Assembly (NCBI GenBank): GCA_001600695.1 | Contig: BCKQ01000001.1 | Coordinates: 734,432 to 798,431 of the forward strand | Origin: Ascoidea asiatica JCM 7603 | Lineage: Eukaryota; Fungi; Ascomycota | Length of the DNA: 64,000 nt | Reading direction: 5' to 3' | In this document: in pieces, positions 13,081-25,119 of the stretch | Position numbering within the stretch: the stretch's first letter is position 1 | Layout: every line of letters starts with the position of its first letter | Made by a program: the position numbers and the translations under genes | The notes under the pieces: generated by a model | The model's input: only the letters and a program-made list of their open reading frames with translations | What the model was told of the DNA's origin: nothing | The model's database searches: none

Positions 13081-13700
13081 TTTTTTTTCAAGTTAGAAAC
13101 AAAAAAACAAACAAGTTCAGTATTTTAAGGTTTGGGATAATTGGATATAAAGGGAATTTAGTTTTTATTTTTTTTTTTTACAAAGACAATTTTATATAAG
13201 TTTTATTAAAAATTTTATATAAATTTAATATTATTTTTACAAAAAAATGTTGAGAGATTAACTGATATCAATTACGAATTTGTATACAGTAAAAACGAAA
13301 GATTAATATTAAAAATTGATAATTTGATATTTTGATATTTTGATTTTTGATTGAATTTAATAAGTTTTTTTACAAATGAAATATCTCCTTTATTTGATTT
13401 ATTATGTTATGTTAATCAATTTAATTTATAGGCAAGTTATTTTTTTTATAACTTTGATTAAAATTGGCCGATGAGGACATTTTTATAGCGAATAACATTA
13501 CATAATATTCAGATAAAGAAAAGTACGAAAAGAAAAAAAAAAAAAAAAGAAAAAAATAAAAAAACCAGGTGCATTTTAGTTCAAATTATTTAAAAATTGA
13601 TTATCAGTTTGATATACATTATGTAGGTATTTTAAAAATTTTAAACGAGAAGAAAGTGAAGACATTTTTTAAATTATTTTGTGTTACATAAAATCGAGAG

Positions 13701-13731
<31 letters not shown>

Positions 13732-13854
13732 AAAAGGAAATGAAAAAATAAAGTAAGAAAAGGAGAATAGAAACAGACATAATTTGTGAGTACTTGAGAG
13801 ATAATTCATGATCGTCTGTTGAATTCTAATTTCAATTTATGAAGTGAAGAATAT

Positions 13855-15009
13855 TTAATTTTTGATGAATTGAATGAGATCTTTAATATGATCATCAATA
13901 TTATTATCAATATTATCAATATTATTATCAATATTTTCATTATTCTCATAAGCCACAGTATCATTATAAACAGTTATGTCAGCAGCAACAGGTCTATGAT
14001 CAGAAGAATAAAAATCAAAAAAAGAATGTAAAATTGCAAAATTTTCAACTTTAGAAGAATTTGAATCCTTTGGAGCCCAAATGTAATCTATAATATTTTT
14101 TTCTTTTAAATTTTGATTATTATTGTCAATGTTATTGTCAATGTTATTGTCAATGTTATTATTAATATCTGAAATTAGAGAAGTATTTGAATTTAAATTT
14201 AAATAAAAATCTGGATTTTTAAAACCAGTATAAGTATCCGAATCAGAATGAGAATATCTATTTTGTTTAATATTTACAGCAATATTTGTATCTAATAAAG
14301 ATTTAGAAACAATTTTATAAGGTTCATCAGAAGGATGAGTATTAAAATCACCAGTTAAAAAACTTGGATTATTATTAATATTTTTTAAAATTTTTAAAAT
14401 TAAATTAACAGATTCTCTTCTTGAAATAATACCAATATGATCAAGATGAGTATTAAATAAATTAATTTTTTTACCAGTTTGTAAATTTTCAAGATATAAA
14501 TATTCAACAATTCTTTCTAAAGCTGCATCCCAACCTTTACTTGGAATTTTTGGAGTTTCACTTAACCAAAAAGTTTTTGAATTTAAAATTTTCCAATCAA
14601 TTTTTTTAAAAAAAATTGGATTAAATTCACCAGATAATTTACCATCTTTTCTACCAACACCAAAATAAGTATATTCATTACCTAATAATTGTTGTAAATC
14701 ATTTAATTGATTATATAAAACTTCTTGTAAAGAAATTAATGAATTTTTTTTACAATTAAATTTTATACTTGAAGCAATTAAATATTTTCTTTCATTCCAA
14801 GAATGTTCACCATCCCAAAGACGTTTATTATCATATCTTATATTATGAGAATAAATACGTAAATCTAAAGGATCTAAAGATGATTTGGAGAGTTGAGAAG
14901 GTTGAATAGTATTTATATTTTCAATTATATTATTATTATTATTATTAAAAGAGTTTGGATCTATAGGTAATAAAAAAGAAGCATAATAAAGAAATCTATT
15001 AACAATCAT
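13855..15009 (-). CDS. Endonuclease/exonuclease/phosphatase (EEP, DNase I-like) family protein, probably secreted
   Basis: Catalytic motifs SHNIRYD, LQEV, FNTHLDH, GDFN, IDYIW, SDHRPV. Hydrophobic N-terminus. Confidence 0.9.
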   Translation of the reverse strand: MIVNRFLYYASFLLPIDPNSFNNNNNNIIENINTIQPSQLSKSSLDPLDLRIYSHNIRYDNKRLWDGEHSWNERKYLIASSIKFNCKKNSLISLQEVLYNQLNDLQQLLGNEYTYFGVGRKDGKLSGEFNPIFFKKIDWKILNSKTFWLSETPKIPSKGWDAALERIVEYLYLENLQTGKKINLFNTHLDHIGIISRRESVNLILKILKNINNNPSFLTGDFNTHPSDEPYKIVSKSLLDTNIAVNIKQNRYSHSDSDTYTGFKNPDFYLNLNSNTSLISDINNNIDNNIDNNIDNNNQNLKEKNIIDYIWAPKDSNSSKVENFAILHSFFDFYSSDHRPVAADITVYNDTVAYENNENIDNNIDNIDNNIDDHIKDLIQFIKN

Positions 15010-15538
15010 TTTTGAATAAAAAGCAAATAAAGTAATAAGTTATTGAAATATATGATAATGAATGAAGTAAATTGAAATAAATATATTTGAATTATATCAA
15101 AAGTATTTCTTTTATACCTATTTTATATATCTTTATAACTATTTTATTTACAGTATGTTTGTTTTATAACTGTTTTATAAGCCATTTTATGAGTGTTCGT
15201 TGCTTCCCCCGAGGAATTTGCAGTGAAATTGGAGAAGTTGCCGATAGGCGCAAACTCCGAAAACAGAAGCAAAGAAAGACACGTGGTGTAGACAGGATGA
15301 CTAAGCAGAGACCATAAAAGCGGGACTACTTTCAAGAGGCGTGGCTGGTGAACTGAAGTGGCTGGTTCTGTGAGGCTGGAATGGAGGCTAGGGGGAGAGG
15401 CGGTGCTTTGGGGCTGAGCTGCTGTGGTCTCATGCACCGAGTTTACCACGGCAATGGGTGCGAGAGTGATAAGCAGATTGAAATAGAATCAGCTCCTACA
15501 ACGGCAGTTATAAAAGGTCTGAATTTCATCGTATTCAT

Positions 15539-15600
15539 ATCATAAACTATCATAAACTATCATAAACTATCATAAACTATCATAAACTATCATAAACTAT
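15539..15600. repeat. 10-bp minisatellite (CATAAACTAT)x6 between TATA box and MSO1 start
   Basis: Six perfect units, downstream of TATAAAA near 15509. Confidence 0.95.
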
Positions 15601-15683
15601 TGTAAAGTATTATATTCTATTATATTCTATTATATTCATTTTATATAATATATTTGTATCATATCATTTAATAAATATAAGTA

Positions 15684-16436
15684 ATGTCAACGAAATTAGA
15701 TTGGTCTTCGAGATTTAAAAATATTTCAAAACCAAATATTACATTTAAGAATCCATTACAAAAAAAAGAAAAAGATGGTAATAATGAAAATGAAACTGTT
15801 ATTCATAAAGCTTTGATAAATTATTATATAAATATTGCAAATGAAAATGAAAATGAAAATGAAAATGAAAATACTTCTTTACCAAATTGGTTAATTGAAA
15901 ATGATCCAAAATATAATAATTCTCAAATTCAACATCATAATAATAATATTAATAATAATATTAATAATAATAATAATTCTAATGCTCCTTATCAGGCATC
16001 TACAATAATGAATAATTATCAAAATAAATTCACAAGTAATATAAATGATAGAAATGAAAATTTAATTAATAATAACAATAACAATAATAATAATTATAAT
16101 TATAATAATAATAGAAAAAGTTATAAAACTCAAACTGCAGCTTCTTCATCTTTACAACAATTATATAATTCAAATTCAAATCAATCTTATAATAACTATA
16201 ATAACTATAATAATCATTCAAATAATCACACAGTATCTAATCGAACTTCAATCAATTTCAAAGAAAAATTACAAAATAATAAAGCAAGACAAAGTTTTCA
16301 ATTAGATTCTTATTCATATAACAATAATAATACTTCTTCTTCTTCTTCTTCTTCTTCAACTAACGTTACTTCAGCCACCACTTCAGCTACCTCTTCAAAA
16401 TCTTCAAGAATAAGCTGGGGTAGATTTGCAAAGTGA
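15684..16436 (+). CDS. MSO1: Sec1-binding exocytosis protein Mso1
   Basis: N-terminal DG...ETVIHKALINYY...LPNWL matches the Mso1 Sec1-binding domain. Remainder is low-complexity with a basic/aromatic C-terminus. Confidence 0.72.
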   Translation: MSTKLDWSSRFKNISKPNITFKNPLQKKEKDGNNENETVIHKALINYYINIANENENENENENTSLPNWLIENDPKYNNSQIQHHNNNINNNINNNNNSNAPYQASTIMNNYQNKFTSNINDRNENLINNNNNNNNNYNYNNNRKSYKTQTAASSSLQQLYNSNSNQSYNNYNNYNNHSNNHTVSNRTSINFKEKLQNNKARQSFQLDSYSYNNNNTSSSSSSSSTNVTSATTSATSSKSSRISWGRFAK

Positions 16437-16942
16437 TTCAATTTAATTGATAATAATTCTTCTTCTTCACTTGTACTGTATTGTATATTTCCTTCTTTCT
16501 TTCTTCTGTGTTGATCTTCGTCTTCTCTCATTTTCTCACTCCGGTGCCATACAAACGGTAATACCAACAAATTAAACTGCCAAACCACTCCGTTACAAGA
16601 TTCATTCCTCAATTGTGGCTATAAACAAGAAATTATAATTATATTTACATTTACATTTATATTTATTATATCTACTGAATTATTAACAGTTATTATATTT
16701 GTGTCTCTCACTTCTTCTATCTTATATCTTTTATATTCTACAATAAACTTCTGAATTTGTGATTTTTATCTTCTTTCAACTATTCCTTCTTTTTTTCATA
16801 TTCTTTTAAATGCTTTTTTTAAATGCTTTTTTTTTTTAATATTCAAAAATCTTCTTTTTTGCATTATTACTTTATAAATCTTCTCATATCAATTTCATAT
16901 AATTAATAATTAATAATAATTATAATATCAACTTTAATAAAT

Positions 16943-17006
16943 ATGGATTTCTTAAATAACTTATTCAATAAATTATTTCATTTAAAAAATGATTATTATA
17001 ATAATC

Positions 17007-17040
<34 letters not shown>

Positions 17041-17633
17041 CAATGACAATTATATTAAATTAATATCAAATTATAATTCAATAAATGATTCAATTAAAGA
17101 TCCAATTAAAGATTCAATACAAAACTCAGATCTTGAACTTAAAATTGATAATTATATTATAAATGAAAATGAATCTTTTAATGATAGTGATATTACTGAA
17201 ATTTATAATGAAAATGAAAATGAAAATGAAAATGAAAATGAAAATGAAAATGATATTATAAATTCTAATGATAATAATAAAGATAATGATAAAGAATTTA
17301 AAGATTTACCAACATTTTCATTAATTTTATCAATTATTATATTCTTAATAACAACTTATTATTATTTTAATCCATTAATATTTGATATAAATATTGATTT
17401 AAATGATTTAATTAAAGCTTTTAAAAAAAATAATTATCAAGAACAATTAATAATTTTAAATGCTTTATCAAATGTTGCTTCGGAAAATAGTCCCACTATT
17501 AAAGGTATTTCATCTACTTTATTTTAATATTACATATTATACTAATATCAAATGATATTAAATCCCTATTTTAAAAGGTATTGCAGTTAATATAAACATT
17601 ATTACCGTTTCGAAAATCTTTAATAGTAAATGA
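16943..17633 (+). CDS. Small single-TM hypothetical protein with probable 3' intron (17505-17577)
   Basis: ATG-initiated ORF with host codon bias and TM segment FSLILSIIIFLITTYYYF. Putative intron GTATTT (17505), TACTAAT (17540-17546), AAG (17577). Spliced form ends TGA 17631-17633; unspliced form ends at 17527. Confidence 0.55.
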
Positions 17634-17789
17634 ATGAATGAATGAATGAATATTTTATAGCTATTTTGCATTTATAATTCTTATATCTCTTTCATTTCTT
17701 ATATTTCTTATATTTCTTATATTTTATATATTTTATATAATTATATAGTTATATAGTTATTTTTATAAATCATATTATAATACATTATT

Positions 17790-19002
17790 ATGAATGGAGT
17801 TTTTGCAATATATAAACCAGTAGGAGTTTCATCTTCTCATTGGATTATTAAATTACGTAAAATTTTTAATGAATCAAAAATTTTTGAAAAAGATTTAAAT
17901 AATTTAAAAAAAAGAAAAATTGAAGGTTTATTAAATAATAAAAAAAATCCAAATAAAAAATTAAAAAATTTAAATATTAAAGTTGGTCATGGTGGTACAT
18001 TAGATGTTGATGCATCTGGAGTTTTAGTTATTGGAATTGGTGAAGGTACAAAAAAATTACAAAATTATTTAAATAATTGTATAAAATCATATGAAACTGA
18101 ATGTTTATTAGGTGCTTTAACAACAAGTGGTGATTATACAGGAGATTTAATTTATAAAACAAAAATTAATCATATTAATAAAGATAAAATTTTAAAAATT
18201 TCAAATAAATTTATTGGTAAATTAATTCAAACTCCACCAATTTATTCAGCTTTAAAAATGAATGGTAAACCATTATATGAATATGCAAGAGAAGGTAAAA
18301 AATTACCATCAAAGATTAAAACAAGAGAAATTCAAATTTATTCACTTAAATTTTATGAAAATGATTTATTAACAACAAATCATAATTATGAATTTATTAA
18401 AAGTAATAATGAAAATGGTGATAATGATAATAATGAAAATGAAAATAGTAGACAAATTAGTGAAGATAAATTATTTTTTTCAAAAGAATATAAAAAATAT
18501 TGTGAAGATAATAATATTAAAGATAATAGTGAAGATTATAAGATTTTTAAATTAAATAATAAAGAAGAAATTTTAAAAACTAATGAAATTGGATATAAAG
18601 CACCTTTAATTCATTTTAATACAATTGTATCATCAGGTACATATATTAGAAGTTTAATAAGTGATATTGGAAAATCATTAAATTCATCAGCATATATGGT
18701 TAAATTAATTAGAAATAAACAAGGAGAATGGGATTTAAATAAAAATTGTTTTTATATGAAAGATTTTGAAGAAAATGATGAAAAAATTTGGGGAATTGTT
18801 TTAAAAAAAGTTTTAAATTGTGAAAATGGTGATATTAATATTAAAGAAGAATTTAATAAAATTTTAAATAATAATATTAATGATATAAATGAAATAAGTG
18901 AAATAAGTGAAATAAGTGATATAAATGATCAGGATAAAAATAAAGATAAAGATCAGGATAAGAGTAAGGATATTGATATTAAAACTGATATCAATACAAA
19001 AA

Positions 19003-19054
<52 letters not shown>

Positions 19055-19187
19055 AATTTCATTAAATATAGATTTTTCAGAAGATGATAAAGAAGATAAG
19101 GACTCTAAAGACTCTGAGGATTCTAAAGATTCTAAGGACATTAAAGAATCTATGGAAGATAGTAAAAAAAGAAAATTTGAATCGTGA
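17790..19187 (+). CDS. PUS4: tRNA pseudouridine-55 synthase (TruB family)
   Basis: MNGVFAIYKP, KVGHGGTLD (catalytic Asp), PPIYSALKMNGKPLYEYAREG, VSSGTYIRSL. Confidence 0.97.
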
Positions 19188-19463
19188 ATGGATTCACTTC
19201 ATAACAATAGAAATAAAGGGGCATTTTTTTTCATAAAATAAATAAATTTTTTGTATTAATTGTTTGTAGATTAATTTTATATTCATCATTTGAAGGATAT
19301 TTGTATTTTTGTATTTTTTTATTTTTGTATTTATTAATATAAATAGTAAATTTTGAAAGTTCACGTGACTTTGTTTTGTATTTCTATTATTATCTGAATA
19401 TTTCAAGGCATTTTTCATTTAACGTTGCAGAGAAAGTTACAAAAAAAAGTGATGAAAGTGCAA

Positions 19464-19625
19464 GAAAGTGAAGATGAAAGTGAAGATGAAAGTGAAGATG
19501 AAAGTGAAGATGAAAGTGAAGATGAAAGTGAAGATGGTTACAAAGACAATGGCAGAGAAGGTTACAAAGATAATATCAAAGATGGTAACAAAGATGGTAA
19601 CAAAGATGGTAACAAAGATGGTTAC
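19464..19625. repeat. Compound 12-bp minisatellite (GAAAGTGAAGAT)x6 plus (AAAGATGGTAAC)x3-4
   Basis: Directly visible in intergenic DNA after PUS4. It generates the ATG-less ORFs 19425..19763 and 19468..19767. Confidence 0.9.
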
Positions 19626-19959
19626 AGTGAAGGTTACAAGATGGTTGCCAGGAAAGAAAAGGGATGGTCAGAAAGAAGGCAGTGTGGGAAGCAGCAAAGA
19701 GTGGCTACACGGTGCGTGGTTCTGCGTTTGGAGGCAGCTAACTTTGCGGGTTACTTACCTTGATTAATTTCCCATTTCCCATTTCCCATTTCTATTTCTA
19801 TTTCACAAAAACTAAACAAGCAGCGGAACTTTAAACTGTGGTTAATTGAAATAGTCAATAAAAGTGTAGCAGTCCGAAATAGGCAACAAAGCATGGAAAT
19901 GGAAAATAAAATACGGTATGCATGGGCTAGAAGCGGATGGTGGCGGATTAAACCTTGCT

Positions 19960-20131
19960 AAATGTGAAAAAGACCTTTCCTTTCGGAGGTTACCCTTATA
20001 ATAAAGGTAAATGTCTCCTTAGAGTAAAGGAAGTCAGATTTTATGAAACAGAAGGGTAAATGGTAATTTCAATAAGAACCACCATCAGGTTCTACCTACC
20101 ACTTGTTAATAGTTCTCGGAGTGACTATCAA
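19960..20131 (-). ncRNA. Candidate structured ncRNA, H/ACA snoRNA-like
   Basis: Three stem-loops whose non-Watson-Crick pairs are G-U on the minus strand and A-C on plus. ANANNA box (AUAAAA, 20044-20039) between hairpins, ACA plus 3 nt at 19965-19960, TATATAAA upstream at ~20173-20166. No family identified. Confidence 0.4.
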
Positions 20132-22101
20132 TCATGATCTTAAACCACACGATATTAATAATTTATTTATATAATTCAAAAGAATGTAAAATCATGGATT
20201 GAATGATTACATAATATCATTGATAATCATTAAATTTCAAATTGGAAATTTAATTTATTATCTGAAAACAACTTATGAATTAAAGGAGTTAATAAATATA
20301 TAACAAAAAGAAAATTTTAAGAAAGAAGTCAAGAATTTTCAAATTAAATTAAAAATTAGTTTAGAAAAAACTCCCAGGATTAATTGAATTTAAAATATAA
20401 TATTCTTCTAAGAAAGAAATTAATTGAATTCATTTATTTTAGTCTAAAAAACTGTTCGTATTTTGTTTTAAGAAAAAAAAAAAAAAAAAAATATACATAT
20501 CTCATGCTTAATTACTACGTTTTGAAATTCGAATGAGAAACAAAATTTAATACGGCATCCGATTTCCGGTAACGGATTACAACACGGATTTATATTCCGG
20601 CAAAAGGTGCTAAGAAATACTAAGAAAGGGTAAGAAAGACACTCACCCACTGTAGAAATAGAAACAGAAACAGAAATAAAAACAGAAAACAGGAAACAGT
20701 GTACCGCAATAAGCAATTTTAAGACCGTGATAATTTGTTAAGCTCCCAAAAACCGCGGTAGAGCGCTTCAGTGAGCCCCCGAGTTTATTCAACTTTTTGT
20801 ACTCCATGGTGTTTGTTTCCGCATTATTTTGGCGTGTATTGTTAAAATATTCAGATAAATCAAACCCATTTCCACTTATAAACACACTGTCCCGCTTATT
20901 TTTATGGCCATGTTACCACTAAAATACGCAGTAGCGCCAGGCAACCACCTGTGTCTATTGGTTCAAGAAAAGTTGCTTTAATGTTTTCGGGAACTTTAAC
21001 AGCAAACATCAATCGATATTTGCAAAGTTAGTTGTGGAGCTGAAGATTATTTTATTACTTTTTCCAAAATCTGGACCAATATTAACAATTTTCCACAAAA
21101 GATCTACAAGAAGTAAACGTTATTTAGTTATTTGCTGCTCAGTTATGCCTGTGTATATTTTGTGTTGCTTGCTAATACGCTAGCTCGCTCGATTGCTGCG
21201 ACGATGCTACACAAACTTAAGTTTCAGAAAAAGTCATGTTGCCATTTTCCAAACTACGGGTATGTTTTTATTACCACTACCAGCAAAAACAGCAAAAGCA
21301 CTGAAAAGACTGAAAACAGCAGCGGTGTATTCATCTCCCAGCTTAAAAGTTTATTATTTAGTATTTAAACTCGTATTGAATTCAATAACAGAAACTGTGA
21401 GTGAAACTCCTTGAGAGAGAAACTCCTTTAGGCTCCTTTAAGTTCTTAAGTATGGTAAATTAACTATGAACTGATATTTAACACTATTGAAGAAATTAAA
21501 TAATAATATTAAATTAACATAAATAACATATCAATTATCAATTATCAATTATCAATTATAAAATATCAAATATCAAATATTTTATCAAAATATTAGTATA
21601 TTAATCACTGATCATGATCTTAAACTTAAGCCAACAATATCCACTTTATCATAATATCATATCATATTTTCTATTATTCTAAATTTCTATTTTCAATTCA
21701 AATAAAAAAAACTTATTAAATCCTCTTAATTCTCTTCATCCTCACTCAAATATTTTTTGATAATTTTTTTTACTTATTTTAATTTAAATTTTTCAAAATT
21801 TATTATTATTTCTTACTATCATTATTCATATTTACTATTTATATAAATCATTGGAATGCCATTTTAAAACTATTCATTAAATTTCAAATTCCAAATTTAT
21901 ATTACTTTATTATCTGTTATCTTTAACTTATACTATTATTACGTTTACATATCTTATCTTATATTATATTATATTATATAAATATATAAAATTATCTTCT
22001 TTATATTTATATATTTCATATATATTAATATCCAATATCCAATATCCAATATCAAATATCCAATATCAAATATCAAATATTATCTTATTATCTTATCCAT
22101 A

Positions 22102-22899
22102 ATGTCATGCTCTGATTCTGAAAATGAAGCTAATAAAGATCAAGAAAATCAATCTTCTTGGAGATTACAAAAAGCAAAAGAACGTCAAAGATTAAGAATT
22201 TTACAATTAAAAAAACAAAAAGAATTACAAGAAAATCAAAATCAAAATTTAGATTCTTCAAATTCATCTTCAAATTCTTTATTACAATCAAATAGAAATA
22301 GTTCAAATTCTTTAGATTTTAATGATTTTAATAATTCAAATTCTGATGATTTATTTCAAATTTCTGATCCTATAGATCCAAATGAACCAATAATTGAATC
22401 AACTTATATTAATCAACATCCAGTTTCAAAATATAATTTATTAATAAATCCTCCTCAAACTTCTTTTAATGGTTTTAATTCAAATTATAATAATTCTTCT
22501 CAAATTGATTTCACAAATAATAATAATAATAATAATAATAGTTCAACTGGTTCAAAATCAAATTCAATTTCTATAATCTCATTACATTCAAATTCTTCAA
22601 ATAATTCAAATTCTTTAAAACGTCAAAGTGATTTATCTACTTTTTCTTCAACTTCTTTAAATTCTTCTTCAAATGATCAAATTTCAAATTCAACAAGATC
22701 TTCTGTTTATTCAAATAGTTCTTTAGGTTCAAATGATAGAAATTCTTCAAATTTTCAATCTCTTGTAAATTCAAAAAATAATATTAACAACAACAATAAT
22801 AATAATTCTTCAAGTAGAAAAAATTCAATAAGACCAATAAGTATAGAAAATATTCATCATCGTGAATCAAATGATCCAAATTTTGCTTATAATTTTTGA
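22102..22899 (+). CDS. Hypothetical Ser/Asn-rich protein with N-terminal basic helix
   Basis: ATG in A-rich context, strong host codon bias, charged helix WRLQKAKERQRLRILQLKKQKE, PKA-like sites KRQS and RKNS. No family recognised. Confidence 0.7.
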   Translation: MSCSDSENEANKDQENQSSWRLQKAKERQRLRILQLKKQKELQENQNQNLDSSNSSSNSLLQSNRNSSNSLDFNDFNNSNSDDLFQISDPIDPNEPIIESTYINQHPVSKYNLLINPPQTSFNGFNSNYNNSSQIDFTNNNNNNNNSSTGSKSNSISIISLHSNSSNNSNSLKRQSDLSTFSSTSLNSSSNDQISNSTRSSVYSNSSLGSNDRNSSNFQSLVNSKNNINNNNNNNSSSRKNSIRPISIENIHHRESNDPNFAYNF

Positions 22900-22928
22900 C
22901 TTATTTTACTTAACTAATATCACATCAT

Positions 22929-22959
<31 letters not shown>

Positions 22960-24502
22960 TTCATCTGATTATAATCAATCACACATTCCTTTTATATCTT
23001 TTAAATTTCCAAATTCAAATTTTAATCAAATCCAAATATTCATTTAAAGTATTCTTCAATTCATTCTTTAAATTTCAATCAATCAATCAATCAATCAATT
23101 AACCAATCAATTAACCAATTTCAGTAAATTATTCGATTCAACTCTTTTCTCTTTTCATATTATATATCATTATTATTTACATCATTCATTTATATTCATT
23201 TTTTATAGTTGGTTATAACTTAAATTCAAATGACTTTTATTTTCAATTGTATTCTAACAAATTATTTATTCATTTTACTTTTTTGTGTTTTTTTTTTTCT
23301 TTCTTTCTTATTTCAATATAACTTATAAAAATCTTTTTTTTTTTTATTCAATGTTATTATTTTCTACGTTATTTTCTATGTTATTTTGCTTTTATTTAAC
23401 TTTTACTAAAGCCGTTTTTTATATATAAAAGTTTATTATGAAACTTCTTTTTTTATAAATATAATTATTATTATTATATACATAAATAAATTATTTTGCC
23501 TAAAAAGAAAAACAAAAAGAAAATTCGATTAATTCAATTTTAAAAGTACGTAATATTGTAATAATGGTCTGTTAAATTAAATTCCCATTACATTACACAT
23601 TTGAATTGGAAAATAATATCAAATTATAAATCATAAATACGAAATACATTAAAGGGTCAAATCAAGTCATCAAAATAAATAAAATAGTAAAAAAGTCATT
23701 TAATTATTAATTTATTTTTTCGAATTAATAAAATTGAAGAATTTTTATATTGAATTTTAAAATTGAATTTTAATATTAAATTTTTAAAAATTGGAATTTA
23801 TTTAATTTGGTAAGTTATCATAAGAGAATAAAAAACTAAGTTTTTATAAAATGGTTTTCCTTAAAAGTATTAAAATTTTAAAGAATTAAAAAATTAATGA
23901 ACTTAACCAATAATTCATAAGGGCATATTTTCAAAAAATAACATAAAATAAGTATCGGTGAATTTATTTTCAATTAATATATTTTTTTGTTTCGGTGGAT
24001 TTTTCATGGTAAATCACAAGACAATCTTTGATTAAAAGACAATTTTTGATTAAAAAAGGTGTTTTTTTTAATATTTTCAGACAATTTTAAAAAGGTTTCA
24101 AACACAAACACAGTGCCTGGAATTACACGGTACCGGGGTGGTCCGTGTAAATATCAGACCAGGATTATTTTTGATTCAAGAGCCCTAAATAGAATAGCCC
24201 TGTTTATAGGGCTTTGTGTGTGACTGGGCTCTTAAATATTACTTTTGTAATTACCACAGAAAGAAGATCGTTTATTTGATGAGAAAGAAGAATGGAAACA
24301 GGAAGGTGAAAGTGATTATGAAGATGTTATGGGAATAAATATGAATTACATTACTTTATATGATTTAGATTGTATTGAGTTGTATTGAATTGTATTGTAT
24401 TGTGGAGTAGTTAGTATAATTGAACTACAGAAGAATAAAGATTTATAAAAGCCAAAAAGAGGGTCTAATAATTGTATTATTAATGTTTAATTTAATATGA
24501 TT

Positions 24503-24573
24503 TAATGATCTAATGATCTAATGATCTAATGATCTAATGATCTAAGGATCTAAGGATCTAAGGATCTAATGAT
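24503..24573. repeat. 8-bp minisatellite (TAATGATC)5(TAAGGATC)3 in COX4 3' UTR region
   Basis: Directly visible. Confidence 0.9.
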
Positions 24574-24609
24574 TGAAAATTATTTTAAAAGTATAATAAA
24601 GAAGACTAT

Positions 24610-25098
24610 TTAATGATGATGATCATCACTTGGAATACCAACATATTTTAATTTATAAACAGAACCACATTCCCAACATCTTGCTTTTTTTTCAATAGTT
24701 GGTTTTAACCACATAACTTCATGAGAATCAGCTGGAGAACCAGTACAACCAACATATCTATAATCATCATAAGATTCAATAATAATTGGATCTTTCATTG
24801 TACCAATTCTTGAAGAATCTAAAGGTTTATCATCAAAAACATTAATACCTTCTAATTTACCTAATAATTCTAATCTTTCTAAACCTGTAGCTTGTTCAAG
24901 ATCTGTTGGAATTGTATTTTCTTTTGCACCAGGTCCAATTAAAGTTTCTTTACCATGAACTTCTGATAAATTTTGTGCAGTTTTAACTGGAGTTTGTTGA
25001 TTTAAAGAAATTTTTGCGGTTGAAAAAAATCTTGTTGAATTTAAACAAGAAATTTTTGGAATTGTACGAATAAATGATTTAGAACTAAGTGAAAACAT
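24610..25098 (-). CDS. COX4: Cytochrome c oxidase subunit IV (COX5B family)
   Basis: Mitochondrial presequence. PTDLEQATGLERLELLG, RYVGCTG...SH and RCWECGSVYKL Zn ligands. Confidence 0.98.
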   Translation of the reverse strand: MFSLSSKSFIRTIPKISCLNSTRFFSTAKISLNQQTPVKTAQNLSEVHGKETLIGPGAKENTIPTDLEQATGLERLELLGKLEGINVFDDKPLDSSRIGTMKDPIIIESYDDYRYVGCTGSPADSHEVMWLKPTIEKKARCWECGSVYKLKYVGIPSDDHHH

Positions 25099-25119
25099 TT
25101 TATTATATATTATTATGTT

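Noticed and set aside
15539-15600. Tandem arrays as CRISPR-like repeats
   Set aside because: Head-to-tail minisatellites with no spacers, in a eukaryotic genome.
19361-19369. CDEI-like GTCACGTG next to AT-rich DNA (point centromere)
   Set aside because: No CDEIII (TGT...CCGAA) at a suitable distance, and CACGTG is common to most promoters here.
19751-19765. TACTTACCT resembling the U1 snRNA 5' end
   Set aside because: It is followed by simple (CCCATTT)n repeats, with no U1-70K loop, stems or Sm site.
19425-19767. ORFs with EDES / MKVK repeats
   Set aside because: By-products of a stop-free 12-bp minisatellite, without a convincing start or host codon bias.
20131-21625. Exact 15-mer ATCATGATCTTAAAC at 20131 and 21611
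   Set aside because: Many chance 15-mer matches are expected in 64 kb at this composition, and the flanks do not extend.
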